Assembly: GCA_963698425.1 (NCBI GenBank)
Contig: CAVOQR010000006.1
Location: 129,355-193,354 of the forward strand
DNA: 64,000 nucleotides
DNA from: an uncultured Gammaproteobacteria bacterium
GTDB lineage: Bacteria > Pseudomonadota > Gammaproteobacteria > Steroidobacterales > Woeseiaceae
Direction: 5' to 3'
Both the position numbers and the translations under genes were made by a program. Shown here piece after piece: positions 12,206-24,110 of this stretch (position 1 is the stretch's first letter; the number at the start of each line of letters is the position of its first letter). The notes below the pieces were generated by a model. It was not told the DNA's origin. It did no database searches and worked only from the letters and a program-made list of their open reading frames with translations.

Positions 12206-14272
12206 GTGAAAATTCTACATTGGGCAGCGACCGCTGCCCTGATGTCTGTGCCGCTTGTGGCGGCAGGGCAAACCACCGACGGCGTGGAAGAAATCGTCGT
12301 TACAGGCCGTTCCGTTAGCAGCGGATCGGCGACCATCGAGGTCGAACGCGAGATACTCGTGGACACATCGAAAGCGCTCAAGGACGTACCAGGCGCCAAT
12401 GCCAACGCCAATGGTCCGATAACCGGCATCGCCCAGTACCGCGGCATGTTCGGCGATCGGGTTGCCGTCGACATCGACAATCTGTGTGTGATCGGTGGCG
12501 GCCCCAATGCGATGGACTCGCCATTGTCGTATGTCTCGCCAATGCTTACCGAATCGCTGCAGGTGACCCGTGGTATCGCAAGCGTGTCCAGCGCCACGGA
12601 GTCTATCGGCGGCCACGTCAATGCAACACTGGCGCGCGGCGATTTCGGTGACGCTGATTTCGGCGTGTCCGGCTCCGCAGGGGCACGCTACAGCAGCAAC
12701 GGCAGTATTCGTACCAGCGCCGCTCGTATCGGTGTCGCCGATACCCGGCACCGCTTTGCGCTCATTGCAGAACTGGACAGTGGCGACAGTATCCAGACGC
12801 CCCGCGGTGAGATGCGGCCGACGCAACTGGATCGGCAACGCTATGACCTGAGCTACGCCTTCAATGGTGAGCGCTCCAGCGTGTTGTTGTTCGCCGGCCA
12901 GCTGGATACCAAAGACACAGGTACACCGGCGTTACCGATGGATATCAGGGTTATCGACACGGATCTGTTCGGGGCCCGGTATGCGCTCGACGTCAGCGAT
13001 GCATGGTCCGTGGATGCGCGCTACGGTTACAACGACGTGCTGCATGTCATGGACAACTATGGTCTGCGCGAGCCACCGCCGGAGATGCGTCAGCGAGAGA
13101 ATCTCACAACGGGTAAAGGCTCAACGTTCAGCGTTGCGGGCAACAGGCGTTTTGCCGAGTCCGTGTTGCGTATTGGCATCGATGGCACATTAGCGACGCA
13201 TGAGGCGACCATAAGCAATCCTAATGCGGCAATGTTCCGGGTCGAAAATTTTGTCGATGTTGAACGAGACGCAGCCGGACTGTTCGCCGAGTGGAGCAAG
13301 ACAGCCGTGCGGTCGACCGTCGAAGCTGGCCTGCGCTACCGGCAAGTTGATGCGACCGCAGGTCCGGTCAGTGCCAGCGGCATGATGGGACCGGTAGCGG
13401 CAAACGTGCAGATACTCGCCGACGATTTCAATGCTGCGAATCGGCAGCTGCAATGGGACTCGCTGGACGCCGTATTCAAGTATGCGTACCGGGTCGGTGA
13501 CAGCACCGAGTTGCAACTCGAACTGGGCAGCAAGGCGCGCGCGCCGTCTTACCAGGAGCTGTACCTGTGGTTGCCATTGCAGGCGACTGGCGGCCTTGCC
13601 GATGGAAGGAGCTACATCGGTAACCTCGACCTGAAAGAAGAGCGCTCCAATGAGCTGGTAGTGGGCCTGACAAGCACGGTCGGTGACTTCTTTATCGCCC
13701 CCCAGATCTTCTACAAGCGGGTCGATGACTACATCCAGGGCGCACCCTCAACCAATATGGTCGCCAACATGGTGTCGACCATGATGACGGGACAGGCAGC
13801 GCTTGAGTGGAGCAATGTTGATGCTGAAATCTACGGCATGGATCTCGCCTGGAAGCTGCAACTGTCAGAGGACGTTAGCCTGGATGGCATCGCGACTGCA
13901 GTGCGCGGGCGGCGCACCGATATCAGCGACAATCTCTATCGTCTTGCACCCTACAACGGCAGCGTCGGGCTGACCTATCAGCAGGAGACGTGGTCGCTGA
14001 AGACGGAGCTGGTTGCTTATGCGAAGCAGGACAAGGTCGCTGTCTACAACGAGGAAAGTGCGACGCCGGGCTACGAGTTGCTGAATGTCGCGTTCGTCTG
14101 GCAGGCATTGCCGTCACTGCGCCTTGAAGGTCGCGTCGACAATCTCTTCGACGCGACCTATCAGGAGCATGTCGCGGGTATCAACCGTGCGGCCGGGTCG
14201 GATATTGCCGTCGGCGAACGCCTGTACGGTGGCGAAAGGAGCCTGAGTGTCGGCGTGCGGTTCAGCTTCTAG
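12206..14272 (+). CDS. TonB-dependent outer-membrane receptor (possibly copper/metal type)
   Basis: About 688 aa. Signal peptide, plug region (EEIVVTGRS...), beta-barrel-like composition and a terminal ...GVRFSF. Start placed at GTG 12206, 6 nt after AGGAGA. Confidence 0.85.
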   Translation: MKILHWAATAALMSVPLVAAGQTTDGVEEIVVTGRSVSSGSATIEVEREILVDTSKALKDVPGANANANGPITGIAQYRGMFGDRVAVDIDNLCVIGGGPNAMDSPLSYVSPMLTESLQVTRGIASVSSATESIGGHVNATLARGDFGDADFGVSGSAGARYSSNGSIRTSAARIGVADTRHRFALIAELDSGDSIQTPRGEMRPTQLDRQRYDLSYAFNGERSSVLLFAGQLDTKDTGTPALPMDIRVIDTDLFGARYALDVSDAWSVDARYGYNDVLHVMDNYGLREPPPEMRQRENLTTGKGSTFSVAGNRRFAESVLRIGIDGTLATHEATISNPNAAMFRVENFVDVERDAAGLFAEWSKTAVRSTVEAGLRYRQVDATAGPVSASGMMGPVAANVQILADDFNAANRQLQWDSLDAVFKYAYRVGDSTELQLELGSKARAPSYQELYLWLPLQATGGLADGRSYIGNLDLKEERSNELVVGLTSTVGDFFIAPQIFYKRVDDYIQGAPSTNMVANMVSTMMTGQAALEWSNVDAEIYGMDLAWKLQLSEDVSLDGIATAVRGRRTDISDNLYRLAPYNGSVGLTYQQETWSLKTELVAYAKQDKVAVYNEESATPGYELLNVAFVWQALPSLRLEGRVDNLFDATYQEHVAGINRAAGSDIAVGERLYGGERSLSVGVRFSF

Positions 14273-14281
14273 CAATCGCGC

Positions 14282-15550
14282 CTAGAGCGTAGCGAAAACT
14301 TTGCGTGCGGCGTTCAGCGTTGCTTCGATCTCCGCGTCGCCATGTGCCGCGGAGACGAAGCCCGCTTCGAAAGCCGACGGTGCGAGGTACACACCTTCAT
14401 CGAGCATGCCATGGAAGAACTTGCGGAAACGCTCGACATCGGCGGCGGCCACCTGTGCGAAGGTGCGCACCGGGCCGTCGGCCGTGAACACGAAACCGAA
14501 CATGCCGCCCGCTCGCTCTGTGGCCAGCGGGATACCGGCATCGGCTGCAGCGGCGGCAAGCCCATCGGTAAGTTGCACGGTACGCGCGCTCAGCGACTCA
14601 AAGAAGCCGGGCTGGTCAATCAGCTGCAGGGTCTTCAGACCTGCGGCCATGGCGACCGGGTTGCCCGACAGGGTGCCGGCCTGGTACACCGGCCCATCGG
14701 GAGCGAGGCTGCTCATGATCTCGGCTTTGCCACCGAACGCCGCTGCGGGCATGCCGCCACCGATGACCTTGCCCAGCGTTGTCAGGTCCGGCTCAATGCC
14801 GAACAATTCCTGCGCACCGCCCTTTGCGACGCGGAATCCAGTCATCACCTCATCGACAATCAGCAGGGCGCCGGCTTTGTCGCACTCGTGGCGCAGGGCG
14901 GCAAGGAACTCGGGCTCCGGCGGCACCATGTTCATGTTGCCCGCAATCGGTTCGAGGATGACGCAGGCGATATCCGAGCCAAGCTCTGCAAACACCTGGC
15001 CGACCGCGTCGGCATCGTTGTAGCTGAGCGTAATGGTGTGCTCGGCAAGACCGGCCGGCACGCCCGGTGAGCTGGGAACACCAAGGGTCAGTGCACCCGA
15101 GCCGGCTTTAATCAGCAAGGAGTCCGAGTGGCCGTGGTAACAACCTTCGAACTTCACAATCTTGTCGCGGCCCGTATGGCCACGCGCGAGGCGAATGGCG
15201 CTCATCGTGGCTTCGGTGCCGGAGCTGACCATGCGCACGCGCTCGATGGACGGCACCAGCTCGCAGATCTTCGCCGCAATCTCGGTCTCGAGCACACAGG
15301 GTGCGCCGAAACTGAGGCCGCGTTGTGCGGTCTCGATCACGGTGGCGATGACATCGGGATGACTGTGGCCCAGGATCATCGGGCCCCAGGAGCCGACGTA
15401 GTCGATAAATCGACGCCCGTCTTCGGCCTCGACCCAGGCGCCCTTGGCGCTCTTGAAGAAAACCGGTTCACCGCCCACGCCGGCGAAAGCGCGCACTGGT
15501 GAATTCACGCCACCGGCAATGTATTGCCGCGCATCGGTATATAAGCTCAT
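14282..15550 (-). CDS. hemL: Glutamate-1-semialdehyde 2,1-aminomutase
   Basis: 422 aa, class-III aminotransferase, with DEVMTGFRV and AGTLSGNP motifs. Confidence 0.95.
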   Translation of the reverse strand: MSLYTDARQYIAGGVNSPVRAFAGVGGEPVFFKSAKGAWVEAEDGRRFIDYVGSWGPMILGHSHPDVIATVIETAQRGLSFGAPCVLETEIAAKICELVPSIERVRMVSSGTEATMSAIRLARGHTGRDKIVKFEGCYHGHSDSLLIKAGSGALTLGVPSSPGVPAGLAEHTITLSYNDADAVGQVFAELGSDIACVILEPIAGNMNMVPPEPEFLAALRHECDKAGALLIVDEVMTGFRVAKGGAQELFGIEPDLTTLGKVIGGGMPAAAFGGKAEIMSSLAPDGPVYQAGTLSGNPVAMAAGLKTLQLIDQPGFFESLSARTVQLTDGLAAAAADAGIPLATERAGGMFGFVFTADGPVRTFAQVAAADVERFRKFFHGMLDEGVYLAPSAFEAGFVSAAHGDAEIEATLNAARKVFATL

Positions 15551-15551
15551 G

Positions 15552-16424
15552 CTATGGGACCTTCGGTAGTTGTCTTATCCTGGTGCCTTGCTGTCGCAGC
15601 AGGCTGGGTACACCATCGTCGCCGACGAGGTGCAATGCGCCGACAATTATGAGGTAGTCGTCGTCGTGCGTCATGTATTCGTTAATTGCAGCAATCCAGC
15701 GGCGATTGCGCTCGACCACAATGACTTCATGCAGCTCCGTATACTGCTGCATGTCGGCCAGTATGGTGTCTTCCATGAACTCCAGGTCGCCGTTGCGCCA
15801 GGCGTCGATGAGCTCGTCCATCAGGGCCTCAATGTCAGCGCTTTCCAGTAGCGCCTGCAACAGCATTTCGCGCTGTGCTTCTGCCGAAAGGTTGTCGAGA
15901 AAGCGCAGTTGCTCTTCGACCGTCTCAAGGCCAAGGATGTCCTTGTTGTCAGTCGCGGCGCGCTGCACGAGATGCATTTCAACACCCATCGATGGATTGA
16001 AGCCGATACGCATTAACAGCATTTGCTCGACAGTAATTGCTGCGAGCCACGGTTCGCTGCTGTTGAGCAGGTCCAGTGGAATGTCGATTGCCTCGGCTGC
16101 GGCCAAAGCCTCTTGCCAGGCTGAAGCTCCCATCAGCTCTTCAAGGCTGGAGCCCTCGCCCAACACACCGAGACTGGACACCAGCGTCTGCGCCTGGATC
16201 GGATCGATATCGTCCATATCGATTTCCATGACAAGCACTTCGGCATCTTCGTAGGCCACGTCAATCATGGCCGGTAGCGGGTGATCGGACGCTCTCAGCA
16301 GGTGCACTGAGCCGAGCAGATAGATGCTGTTGCTGGCACCTTCAATCTGCCACATGGTGAACAGGTCGTCGTCCGCACTCAGGGACTGCGATAGCAACAG
16401 TGACAGCAGCAGCAGGCTACGCAT
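15552..16424 (-). CDS. TraB/GumN family protein, secreted
   Basis: 290 aa. Signal peptide, then the GumN-like N-terminus [19 protein letters not shown]. Confidence 0.65.
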   Translation of the reverse strand: MRSLLLLSLLLSQSLSADDDLFTMWQIEGASNSIYLLGSVHLLRASDHPLPAMIDVAYEDAEVLVMEIDMDDIDPIQAQTLVSSLGVLGEGSSLEELMGASAWQEALAAAEAIDIPLDLLNSSEPWLAAITVEQMLLMRIGFNPSMGVEMHLVQRAATDNKDILGLETVEEQLRFLDNLSAEAQREMLLQALLESADIEALMDELIDAWRNGDLEFMEDTILADMQQYTELHEVIVVERNRRWIAAINEYMTHDDDYLIIVGALHLVGDDGVPSLLRQQGTRIRQLPKVP

Positions 16425-17166
16425 GGTTGACCCACATCAACAAGGTGTCGATACCACCGTCAGGTTGCAGCACCAGGCGACGATAAGCGGGCGGCCGTTC
16501 ATCGACCGCAAAGACGTCACTTTTCTCTTTGAACTGGCGACAGGTCGAGGGCGTACCGATTACACGAACGCTGCCATGCTGTGCGTCATACGGTTGATGT
16601 ACGTGGCCAAACACAGCGGCTCGGACGTTGCTGTGCGCCTGCAGCAGGCCGAGAAATTCCTCTGCATTCTCCAGGCCAACCGAGTCCAGCCAGCGGCTGC
16701 CCATCTCGACAGGCGGGTGGTGCAGGAACACCGCAACGTGCTCGGCATCGCCGTCGTCGAGCAGCTGCTGCAGACGTTTCATCTCGGCGTCGGCGACACG
16801 GCCGCCGGCCTTGCCGGTGACGCAACTGTCGACGCTGATCAGCAGCCAGTTGCCGCGACGCAAGGTCGGACAATAGGCAAACGGTTCGACATCCAGCGCG
16901 GCTTTCATCAGCGCCCTGACGTCATGATTGCCCGGCAGGCAGGCGAGCGGCAGGCCGAGCGGTGTGAGAGCGTCGCGAAAGTTTTCGTAAGCGGCGGCCG
17001 AATCGTCCTGGATCAGGTCGCCGGTTATAAAAGCGAGCTCGGCTCGCCAGTCATCCTGTTGGTAATGATCAAGCACGCGTTGCAGCGATTCGCGCGTGTT
17101 GCTGCCGCGCAGTTCGCCTCCGGCATCCGCAAATAAATGCGGATCCGTGAGGTGAAATATCTTTAT
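16417..17166 (-). CDS. cpdA: 3',5'-cyclic-nucleotide phosphodiesterase (metallophosphoesterase); no canonical start codon in front of motif I
   Basis: The track ORF (GTG 17076) contains GDLIQDD, GNHD and GHVH. The first metal motif (KIFHLTDPHLF) is encoded upstream in the same open frame, where the only start-like codons are ATA at 17166-17164 and 17160-17158. Confidence 0.65.
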   Translation of the reverse strand: MKIFHLTDPHLFADAGGELRGSNTRESLQRVLDHYQQDDWRAELAFITGDLIQDDSAAAYENFRDALTPLGLPLACLPGNHDVRALMKAALDVEPFAYCPTLRRGNWLLISVDSCVTGKAGGRVADAEMKRLQQLLDDGDAEHVAVFLHHPPVEMGSRWLDSVGLENAEEFLGLLQAHSNVRAAVFGHVHQPYDAQHGSVRVIGTPSTCRQFKEKSDVFAVDERPPAYRRLVLQPDGGIDTLLMWVNHA

Positions 17167-17176
17167 CGCGTCGTGA

Positions 17177-18490
17177 TCAGTAACGGTAGTGCTCTGGTTT
17201 GAATGGACCGTCTGCGTCCACGCCGATGTAGCTGGCCTGTTCGTCGGACAGCCGGGTCAGTTTTGCGCCAATACGCCCGAGGTGCAGTTTCGCGACCTTC
17301 TCGTCGAGATGCTTCGGCAGCACGTAGACCTGGTTCTTGTAGTTGTCGCCGTTCTGCCAGAGCTCGATTTGCGCGAGCACCTGGTTGGTGAACGAGTTCG
17401 ACATGACAAAGCTCGGATGCCCTGTGCCGCAGCCGAGATTCACGAGGCGGCCTTCGGCCAACAGGATCAGGCGCTTGCCGTTCGGGAAGATGATGTGATC
17501 GACCTGTGGCTTGATCTCCTCCCACTCGTACTGCTTCAGGTAGGCGACATCAATCTCGTTGTCGAAGTGGCCGATATTGCAGAGGATGGCCTGGTTCTTC
17601 ATGCGATCCATCTGCGGGCCGCTGACGACGTGGTAGTTGCCGGTTGCCGTGACGACTATGTCGGCCTGGTCGCAAACCTCGTCGAAATCGACAACGCGGT
17701 AACCTTCCATGGCGGCCTGCAAGGCGCAGATCGGATCAACTTCTGTAATCCAGACGGTGGCGCCCAGGCCACGCAATGACTGGGCCGAGCCCTTGCCAAC
17801 GTCGCCATAGCCGCAGACGATCGCAATCTTGCCGGCGATCATGACGTCCGTGGCACGCTTGATGCCGTCAACAAGTGACTCGCGACAACCGTAAAGATTG
17901 TCGAACTTGGACTTGGTCACCGAATCGTTAACGTTGAACGCCGGACACGCGAGCGAACCGTCAGCCATCATGTCGTACAGGCGCTTGACGCCCGTGGTGG
18001 TCTCTTCAGACAGGCCCTTGACGTCCTTCATGAGCTCGGGGTACTTGTCGTGCATCATCTGCGTCAGGTCGCCGCCGTCGTCGAGAATCATGTTCGGCGT
18101 CCAGCCGTTCGGTCCCTTGATGGTCTGCTCCACGCACCACCAGTACTCTTCTTCACTTTCACCTTTCCAGGCGAACACCGGTACGCCGGCTGCGGCAATG
18201 GCGGCAGCTGCGTGGTCCTGGGTTGAGAAGATATTGCAGGATGACCAGCGAATGTCCGCACCAAGTTCGCGCAGCGTCTCGATTAGAACCGCTGTCTGAA
18301 TCGTCATGTGCAGGCAACCCGTCAGGCGCACGCCCGCGAGCGGCTGCGAGTCGCCAAATTCGTCGCGGAGTGCCATAAGCCCTGGCATCTCGGTTTCGGC
18401 TATCGCAATTTCCTTGCGGCCCCAGGCAGCCAGCGCAATGTCCGCCACCTTGTAGTCATTCTGTTCGAGTGAAACAGCTTCGCTGCTCAT
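17177..18490 (-). CDS. ahcY: Adenosylhomocysteinase
   Basis: 437 aa. NAD site [20 protein letters not shown], and terminal KPEHYRY. Confidence 0.95.
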   Translation of the reverse strand: MSSEAVSLEQNDYKVADIALAAWGRKEIAIAETEMPGLMALRDEFGDSQPLAGVRLTGCLHMTIQTAVLIETLRELGADIRWSSCNIFSTQDHAAAAIAAAGVPVFAWKGESEEEYWWCVEQTIKGPNGWTPNMILDDGGDLTQMMHDKYPELMKDVKGLSEETTTGVKRLYDMMADGSLACPAFNVNDSVTKSKFDNLYGCRESLVDGIKRATDVMIAGKIAIVCGYGDVGKGSAQSLRGLGATVWITEVDPICALQAAMEGYRVVDFDEVCDQADIVVTATGNYHVVSGPQMDRMKNQAILCNIGHFDNEIDVAYLKQYEWEEIKPQVDHIIFPNGKRLILLAEGRLVNLGCGTGHPSFVMSNSFTNQVLAQIELWQNGDNYKNQVYVLPKHLDEKVAKLHLGRIGAKLTRLSDEQASYIGVDADGPFKPEHYRY

Positions 18491-18516
18491 CTGATTCTCC
18501 TAAGTTCGAATTCGGT

Positions 18517-19677
18517 TCAGGCCGTGGCTGCAGATCGCAGCGCCTCGGCTTTGTCGGTCTTTTCCCATGTCGCGTCGATGTCTTCGCGTCCGAAGTGACC
18601 GTAAGCCGCAGTCGGCTGGTAAATCGGGCGCAACAGGTCGAGCATCTTCAGGATGCCGTACGGGCGCAGGTCGAAGTGCTCGCGGATCAGCACGGTGAGC
18701 TCTGCATCGGATACCTTGCCGGTGCCGAAGGTGCGCACGCTGATCGACGTGGGCTCTGCAACGCCGATTGCGTAGGACACCTGGATTTCGCAGCGCTCGG
18801 CGAGTCCCGCGGCGACGATGTTCTTCGCAACGTAGCGGCAGGCGTATGTTGCTGAGCGATCCACTTTCGACGGATCCTTGCCAGAAAACGCACCGCCGCC
18901 GTGGCGCGCTGAGCCGCCATAGGTGTCAACAATGATCTTCCTTCCGGTCAGGCCGCAGTCACCCATCGGCCCGCCGATCTCAAAGCGACCGGTTGGATTG
19001 ATGTGGAACTTGGTGCGGTCGCTGATCCATTCTTTCGGCAGCACCGGCTTGATGATCTCTTCCATGACGCCTTCACGCAGCTCTTTCAGGCTTACGTCCG
19101 CGCGGTGCTGGGTCGACAGGACGACGGCATCGATGGCGACCGGCTTGTTGTTCTCGTAGACAAACGTGACCTGGCTCTTCGCATCCGGGCGCAGCCAGTC
19201 CAGCTTGCCGGACTTGCGCACTTCCGACTGTTTGCGAACCAGCAGGTGCGAATACGTAATCGGTGCGGGCATCAGCACGTCGGTTTCGTTGGTGGCGTAG
19301 CCAAACATCAGGCCCTGGTCACCGGCTCCCTGTTCTTCGTCCGTCGCACGATCGACGCCCTGCGCAATATCCGGCGACTGCTTGCCGATGGCGTTCAGTA
19401 CCGAGCAGGAGTGGCCGTCGAAGCCGCTTTCCGAATGGTCGTAACCAATATCGACGATGGTCTTCCTGACGATTTCCTCGAGATCGACCCAGGCGGAGGT
19501 CGTTATTTCGCCGGCGACCAGCGCCATGCCGGTCTTGACCATGGTCTCGCAGGCGACGCGTGCGCTGGTGTCCTCGGCGAGGATGGCGTCCAGTACGGCG
19601 TCTGAAATCTGGTCAGCGATCTTGTCAGGGTGCCCCTCGGATACAGATTCCGAGGTGAACAAAAAGGAGTCACTCAT
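18517..19677 (-). CDS. metK: S-adenosylmethionine synthetase
   Basis: 386 aa with [17 protein letters not shown] and [16 protein letters not shown]. Confidence 0.95.
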   Translation of the reverse strand: MSDSFLFTSESVSEGHPDKIADQISDAVLDAILAEDTSARVACETMVKTGMALVAGEITTSAWVDLEEIVRKTIVDIGYDHSESGFDGHSCSVLNAIGKQSPDIAQGVDRATDEEQGAGDQGLMFGYATNETDVLMPAPITYSHLLVRKQSEVRKSGKLDWLRPDAKSQVTFVYENNKPVAIDAVVLSTQHRADVSLKELREGVMEEIIKPVLPKEWISDRTKFHINPTGRFEIGGPMGDCGLTGRKIIVDTYGGSARHGGGAFSGKDPSKVDRSATYACRYVAKNIVAAGLAERCEIQVSYAIGVAEPTSISVRTFGTGKVSDAELTVLIREHFDLRPYGILKMLDLLRPIYQPTAAYGHFGREDIDATWEKTDKAEALRSAATA

Positions 19678-19835
19678 AGGGTTTTCTTTCGGTCAGTTAG
19701 GCGGGGGGGGCGATTGTACCCCAATGGGAGTCGTCGATAACAGCAGAAGCATTTCGTTACTTTTCGCCGTAAATCTTGCGACGCCTGCACGAAACGGAGA
19801 GAATGCGTCGCTCCGCACATATCCCCCAGAGACAC

Positions 19836-21863
19836 ATGTCACAACAAAAACCTGTTGCCGGCCAGCCAGCCCGGCGAGATCTCGCGAACGCTATACGCGC
19901 ACTTTCCATGGATGCCGTGCAGGCAGCCAATTCCGGTCACCCGGGAGCGCCAATGGGCATGGCTGATATCGCCGAAGTCCTGTGGCGAGACTACCTGCAA
20001 CATAACCCGGCAAATCCCCGCTGGGCCAATCGCGATCGCTTCGTGCTGTCCAACGGTCATGCCTCAATGTTGTTGTACAGCCTGCTGTATCTCACAGGTT
20101 ATGACGAATTCCCGATTGAACAGCTGAAGAACTTCAGGCAGTTCGGTTACAAGACCGCAGGGCATCCGGAGTACGAACCGGGCGGTCCGGTCGAGACCAC
20201 CACAGGACCGCTGGGGCAGGGCATCAGCAATGCCGTAGGCATGGCGCTGGCCGAGAAGATGCTGGCGGACCAGTTTAACCGGCCGGGTCACGACATCGTC
20301 GATCACCGCACCTGGGTATTCCTGGGTGATGGCTGCCTCATGGAAGGCATCTCGCATGAAGCCTGCTCGCTGGCGGGCACGCTCAAGCTCGGCAAGCTGA
20401 TCTGCCTCTACGACGACAACAACATCTCGATCGATGGTGAGGTCGGTGGCTGGTTTACCGACGATACCGCGAAGCGTTTCGAGGCCTACGGCTGGCAGGT
20501 TGTTGCGGATGTCGACGGACACGATGCGGCGGCGGTAGCCGCTGCAATCGACACTGCGCTCGAGGATGACTCACGTCCGACGCTGATTTGTTGCAAAACC
20601 ATCATCGGTTTCGGTGCACCGCACAAGCAGGGCACGGCCGCGACGCATGGCGCACCGCTGGGTGATGACGAGATAGCGGCAGCGCGCAAGACGCTCGGTT
20701 GGGACGCGGCACCGTTCGTAATACCGGCCGACATTGCAGCTGCATGGGACGGCACGGCGGGTGGCGCTGAGCGCGAACAGAGCTGGAACGATGCGTTTGC
20801 GGCTTACAAAGCTGCACACCCTGAGCTCGCCGCAGAGTTCCTGCGGCGCATGGCTGGCGCACTGCCGGCTGACTGGGACCAGTTTGCCGCAGCGGCGATT
20901 GCAGAAATCAATGCCGAAGCCGCGGACATGGCGACTCGCAAGGCATCCCTTAGGGCGCTCAACGCGTTTGCGCCTGCGTTGCCGGAAATGGCGGGCGGCT
21001 CAGCCGACCTGACCGGATCCAACCTGACCAAGCACGACGGTTCGGTACCGATCTCGGCGGACGACGCGGCCGGCAACTACATCTGGTTCGGCGTGCGCGA
21101 ATTTGGCATGACCGCGATCTGCAACGGCCTCGGCCTGCACGGTGGCGTGCTGCCGTACTCCGGCACCTTCCTGACGTTTTCGGACTACGCGCGTAATGCG
21201 CTCAGGATGGCTGCCCTGATGAAGGTGCAGAACATCCAGGTGTACACGCACGACTCCATCGGTCTCGGCGAAGATGGCCCGACACACCAGCCGGTGGAAC
21301 ACACCGCGTCGCTGCGGCTGATGCCGAACATGAGCGTCTGGCGTCCCTGTGATGCAGTAGAGACGGCTGTTGCCTGGCGTTACGCCATTGAGAACAAGAC
21401 AGGACCGACCAGCCTGGTGCTGACGCGGCAGGGGTTACCGCATCAACAGCGTGACGATGAGCAGATCGCGGCCATCGCACGCGGTGGATACGTATTGAAG
21501 AACTGTAACGGTTCACCTGATATTGTACTCATCGCAACGGGCTCGGAAGTCGCTCTGGCAATGGCAGCGGCCGACGTGCTGGCTGCCGACGGCGTCAAGG
21601 TGAATGTCGTTTCCATGCCAAGCACTGATGTTTTCGATGCGCAGGATGCGGCTTACCGCGAATCGGTATTACCCGCAGCAGTGGTTGCGCGAGTCGCAAT
21701 CGAGGCGGGCGTTACTGAGGGCTGGTGGCGTTATGTTGGCCCGCAAGGGCGCGTGATCGGGCTGGATCGCTTCGGCGCATCGGCGCCTGCCAGGGAATTA
21801 TTTGAACACTTCGGCTTTTCGACGGACAACGTGGTTGCCGTCGCGAAAGACGTACTGAACTAG
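19836..21863 (+). CDS. tkt: Transketolase
   Basis: [10 protein letters not shown] and [16 protein letters not shown]. Start moved to ATG 19836 (MSQQKPVAG...), giving 675 aa. Confidence 0.95.
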   Translation: MSQQKPVAGQPARRDLANAIRALSMDAVQAANSGHPGAPMGMADIAEVLWRDYLQHNPANPRWANRDRFVLSNGHASMLLYSLLYLTGYDEFPIEQLKNFRQFGYKTAGHPEYEPGGPVETTTGPLGQGISNAVGMALAEKMLADQFNRPGHDIVDHRTWVFLGDGCLMEGISHEACSLAGTLKLGKLICLYDDNNISIDGEVGGWFTDDTAKRFEAYGWQVVADVDGHDAAAVAAAIDTALEDDSRPTLICCKTIIGFGAPHKQGTAATHGAPLGDDEIAAARKTLGWDAAPFVIPADIAAAWDGTAGGAEREQSWNDAFAAYKAAHPELAAEFLRRMAGALPADWDQFAAAAIAEINAEAADMATRKASLRALNAFAPALPEMAGGSADLTGSNLTKHDGSVPISADDAAGNYIWFGVREFGMTAICNGLGLHGGVLPYSGTFLTFSDYARNALRMAALMKVQNIQVYTHDSIGLGEDGPTHQPVEHTASLRLMPNMSVWRPCDAVETAVAWRYAIENKTGPTSLVLTRQGLPHQQRDDEQIAAIARGGYVLKNCNGSPDIVLIATGSEVALAMAAADVLAADGVKVNVVSMPSTDVFDAQDAAYRESVLPAAVVARVAIEAGVTEGWWRYVGPQGRVIGLDRFGASAPARELFEHFGFSTDNVVAVAKDVLN

Positions 21864-21880
21864 AACTGGAGAAAACAACA

Positions 21881-22894
21881 ATGGCAATAAAAATCGGTAT
21901 CAACGGCTACGGACGTATTGGTCGCAACATCATGCGCGCCATCCACGAGTACGGCCGCACGGACGAATTCGACGTTGTGGCACTGAACGACCTCGGTGAC
22001 CCGGAGACGAATGCGCATCTCACGCGCTACGACACGACTCATGGAAAGTTTGCCGGCACAGTGGAAGTCGATGGTGGCGACATCATCGTCAACGGCGATC
22101 GCGTCAAGGTGTTTGCTGAGCGCGACCCGTCCAAGCTGCCGTGGGGCGAGCTCGGCGTTGACGTGGTATTCGAGTGCACCGGCCTGTTCCGTACCGCGGA
22201 AACAGCCGGTAAACATATCGCCGGCGGCGCGAAGAAAGTCATTATCTCCGCACCTGGTGGCGCGGACATTGACGGCACCTTCGTCTACGGCGTTAACCAC
22301 GACCAGATCACCGCGAAGCACACGATTATTTCGAACGCTTCGTGCACGACCAACTGTCTCGCGCCGCTGGTCAAGCCGCTCAATGACGCGATTGGCGTTA
22401 AGCACGGCATCATGACAACGATTCACGCCTACACGAATGACCAGGTGCTGACCGACGTATTCCACAAAGACCTGCGTCGTGCGCGTTCCGGCACGATGTC
22501 GCAGATTCCGACCAGCACGGGTGCGGCCAAGGCCGTCGGCCTGGTACTGCCGGAACTCAACGGCAAGCTGGATGGTTTCTCCATGCGCGTTCCGACGATC
22601 AATGTGTCAGCGGTTGACCTGACCTTCGTCGCCTCCCGTGCAACCAGCATCGAGGAGATCAACAAGATCCTCAAGGCGGCCAGCGAAGGGCCACTCAAGG
22701 GCATTCTTGCCTACAACGACGAGCCGCTCGTGTCAGTCGACTTCAACCATGACCCGGCGTCATCAACATACGACGCAGGGCTCACCAAGGTCATCGACGG
22801 CACGCTGGTCAAGGTGTTGTCGTGGTATGACAACGAGTGGGGCTTCTCGTGCCGCATGCTGGACACGACTGTCGCGTTGATGAACGCCAAGTAA
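21881..22894 (+). CDS. gap: Glyceraldehyde-3-phosphate dehydrogenase
   Basis: 337 aa with [10 protein letters not shown] and the active site SNASCTTNC. Confidence 0.95.
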   Translation: MAIKIGINGYGRIGRNIMRAIHEYGRTDEFDVVALNDLGDPETNAHLTRYDTTHGKFAGTVEVDGGDIIVNGDRVKVFAERDPSKLPWGELGVDVVFECTGLFRTAETAGKHIAGGAKKVIISAPGGADIDGTFVYGVNHDQITAKHTIISNASCTTNCLAPLVKPLNDAIGVKHGIMTTIHAYTNDQVLTDVFHKDLRRARSGTMSQIPTSTGAAKAVGLVLPELNGKLDGFSMRVPTINVSAVDLTFVASRATSIEEINKILKAASEGPLKGILAYNDEPLVSVDFNHDPASSTYDAGLTKVIDGTLVKVLSWYDNEWGFSCRMLDTTVALMNAK

Positions 22895-22916
22895 GTCAGC
22901 TTAAGCAGGAGCCAGC

Positions 22917-24092
22917 ATGACCGTTATCAAGATGACCGACGTGCCTTTGTCGGGAAAACGGGTCCTGATCCGCGAGGACCTTAATGTCCCGGTTGCGGAC
23001 GGCAAAGTGAGCAGCGACGCGCGTATACGTGCGGCGCTGCCAACGATACAGGCGGCGTTGCAAGCCAACGCCGCGGTCATGCTGGTGTCGCACCTGGGAC
23101 GGCCAACGGAAGGCCAGCCCGACGCGCAATTCTCGTTGCAGCCTGTCGCCGACCGGCTTGCCGAGTTGCTCGGACGCGACGTGCCGCTGGTTGCGGACTG
23201 GATTGACGGCGTTGAAGTTGCGCCGGGACAGGTCGTGTTGCTGGAAAACGTGCGCTTCCTGGCCGGCGAGAAAGCGTGTGATGCTGACCTGGCGAAGAAA
23301 ATGGCGGCGCTGTGCGATGTCTTTGTCATGGATGCCTTTGGCACCGCGCATCGCGCCCAGGCCAGCACCTATGGCGTGGCAGAATATGCGCCGATCGCCT
23401 GTGCCGGGCCACTGTTGTCTGCAGAGCTCGAGGCACTCGCCAAAGCGCTGCATAACCCGGCGCGTCCGTTTGTTGCGATCGTTGGTGGTTCGAAAGTCTC
23501 CACCAAGCTCACAGTGCTCGAATCGCTGGCCGGCATTGTCGACACGCTGATCGTTGGTGGCGGCATTGCCAATACTTTCATTGCTGCGGCAGGCAACAAT
23601 GTTGGCAAGTCGCTGTACGAGGCTGACATGCTGGACACGGCAACGGCGCTGGCGGAGAACGCAAGCGACCGGGCGTCGATCCCGGTGCCCACGGACGTGG
23701 TTGTCGGCGACGCCTTTGCTGCCGATGCAAACGCGACGACCAAGGGCGTCGCGGACGTGTCAGGGGATGAGTTGATTCTCGATATTGGTCCGCAGACATC
23801 AGCGGCATTTGCCGACATCCTCAGGAATGCCGGCACGATTATCTGGAACGGTCCGGTCGGAGTGTTCGAGTTCGACAAGTTTGGTGATGGCACGAAGGTG
23901 CTCGCCAACGCGATTGCCGACAGCGCTGCATTCTCGGTTGCCGGCGGTGGCGACACGCTCGCGGCTATCGACAAGTACGGTGTGCGTGATCGCATCTCCT
24001 ACATCTCCACGGGTGGTGGCGCATTCCTCGAGTTTGTCGAGGGCAAAAAATTGCCGGCCGTCGCGATCCTGGAACAGCGGGCGGCGTCTTAG
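22917..24092 (+). CDS. pgk: Phosphoglycerate kinase
   Basis: 391 aa with [12 protein letters not shown] and a full-length Pgk pattern. Confidence 0.95.
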   Translation: MTVIKMTDVPLSGKRVLIREDLNVPVADGKVSSDARIRAALPTIQAALQANAAVMLVSHLGRPTEGQPDAQFSLQPVADRLAELLGRDVPLVADWIDGVEVAPGQVVLLENVRFLAGEKACDADLAKKMAALCDVFVMDAFGTAHRAQASTYGVAEYAPIACAGPLLSAELEALAKALHNPARPFVAIVGGSKVSTKLTVLESLAGIVDTLIVGGGIANTFIAAAGNNVGKSLYEADMLDTATALAENASDRASIPVPTDVVVGDAFAADANATTKGVADVSGDELILDIGPQTSAAFADILRNAGTIIWNGPVGVFEFDKFGDGTKVLANAIADSAAFSVAGGGDTLAAIDKYGVRDRISYISTGGGAFLEFVEGKKLPAVAILEQRAAS

Positions 24093-24110
24093 CACCGCGG
24101 CAGGACGCGT

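Noticed and set aside
12395-12412. Three tandem hexamers GCCAAT-GCCAAC-GCCAAT (ANANAN) inside the TonB-dependent receptor
   Set aside because: The repeat is too short and imperfect to call a contingency locus. It is in frame and sits in a loop-like region.
18491-18516. Possible SAH or SAM riboswitch in front of ahcY or metK
   Set aside because: The metK-ahcY spacer is only 26 nt. In the metK leader (19678-19718) I could not recognise the conserved SAH/SAM riboswitch cores. A covariance-model scan would be needed to exclude one formally.
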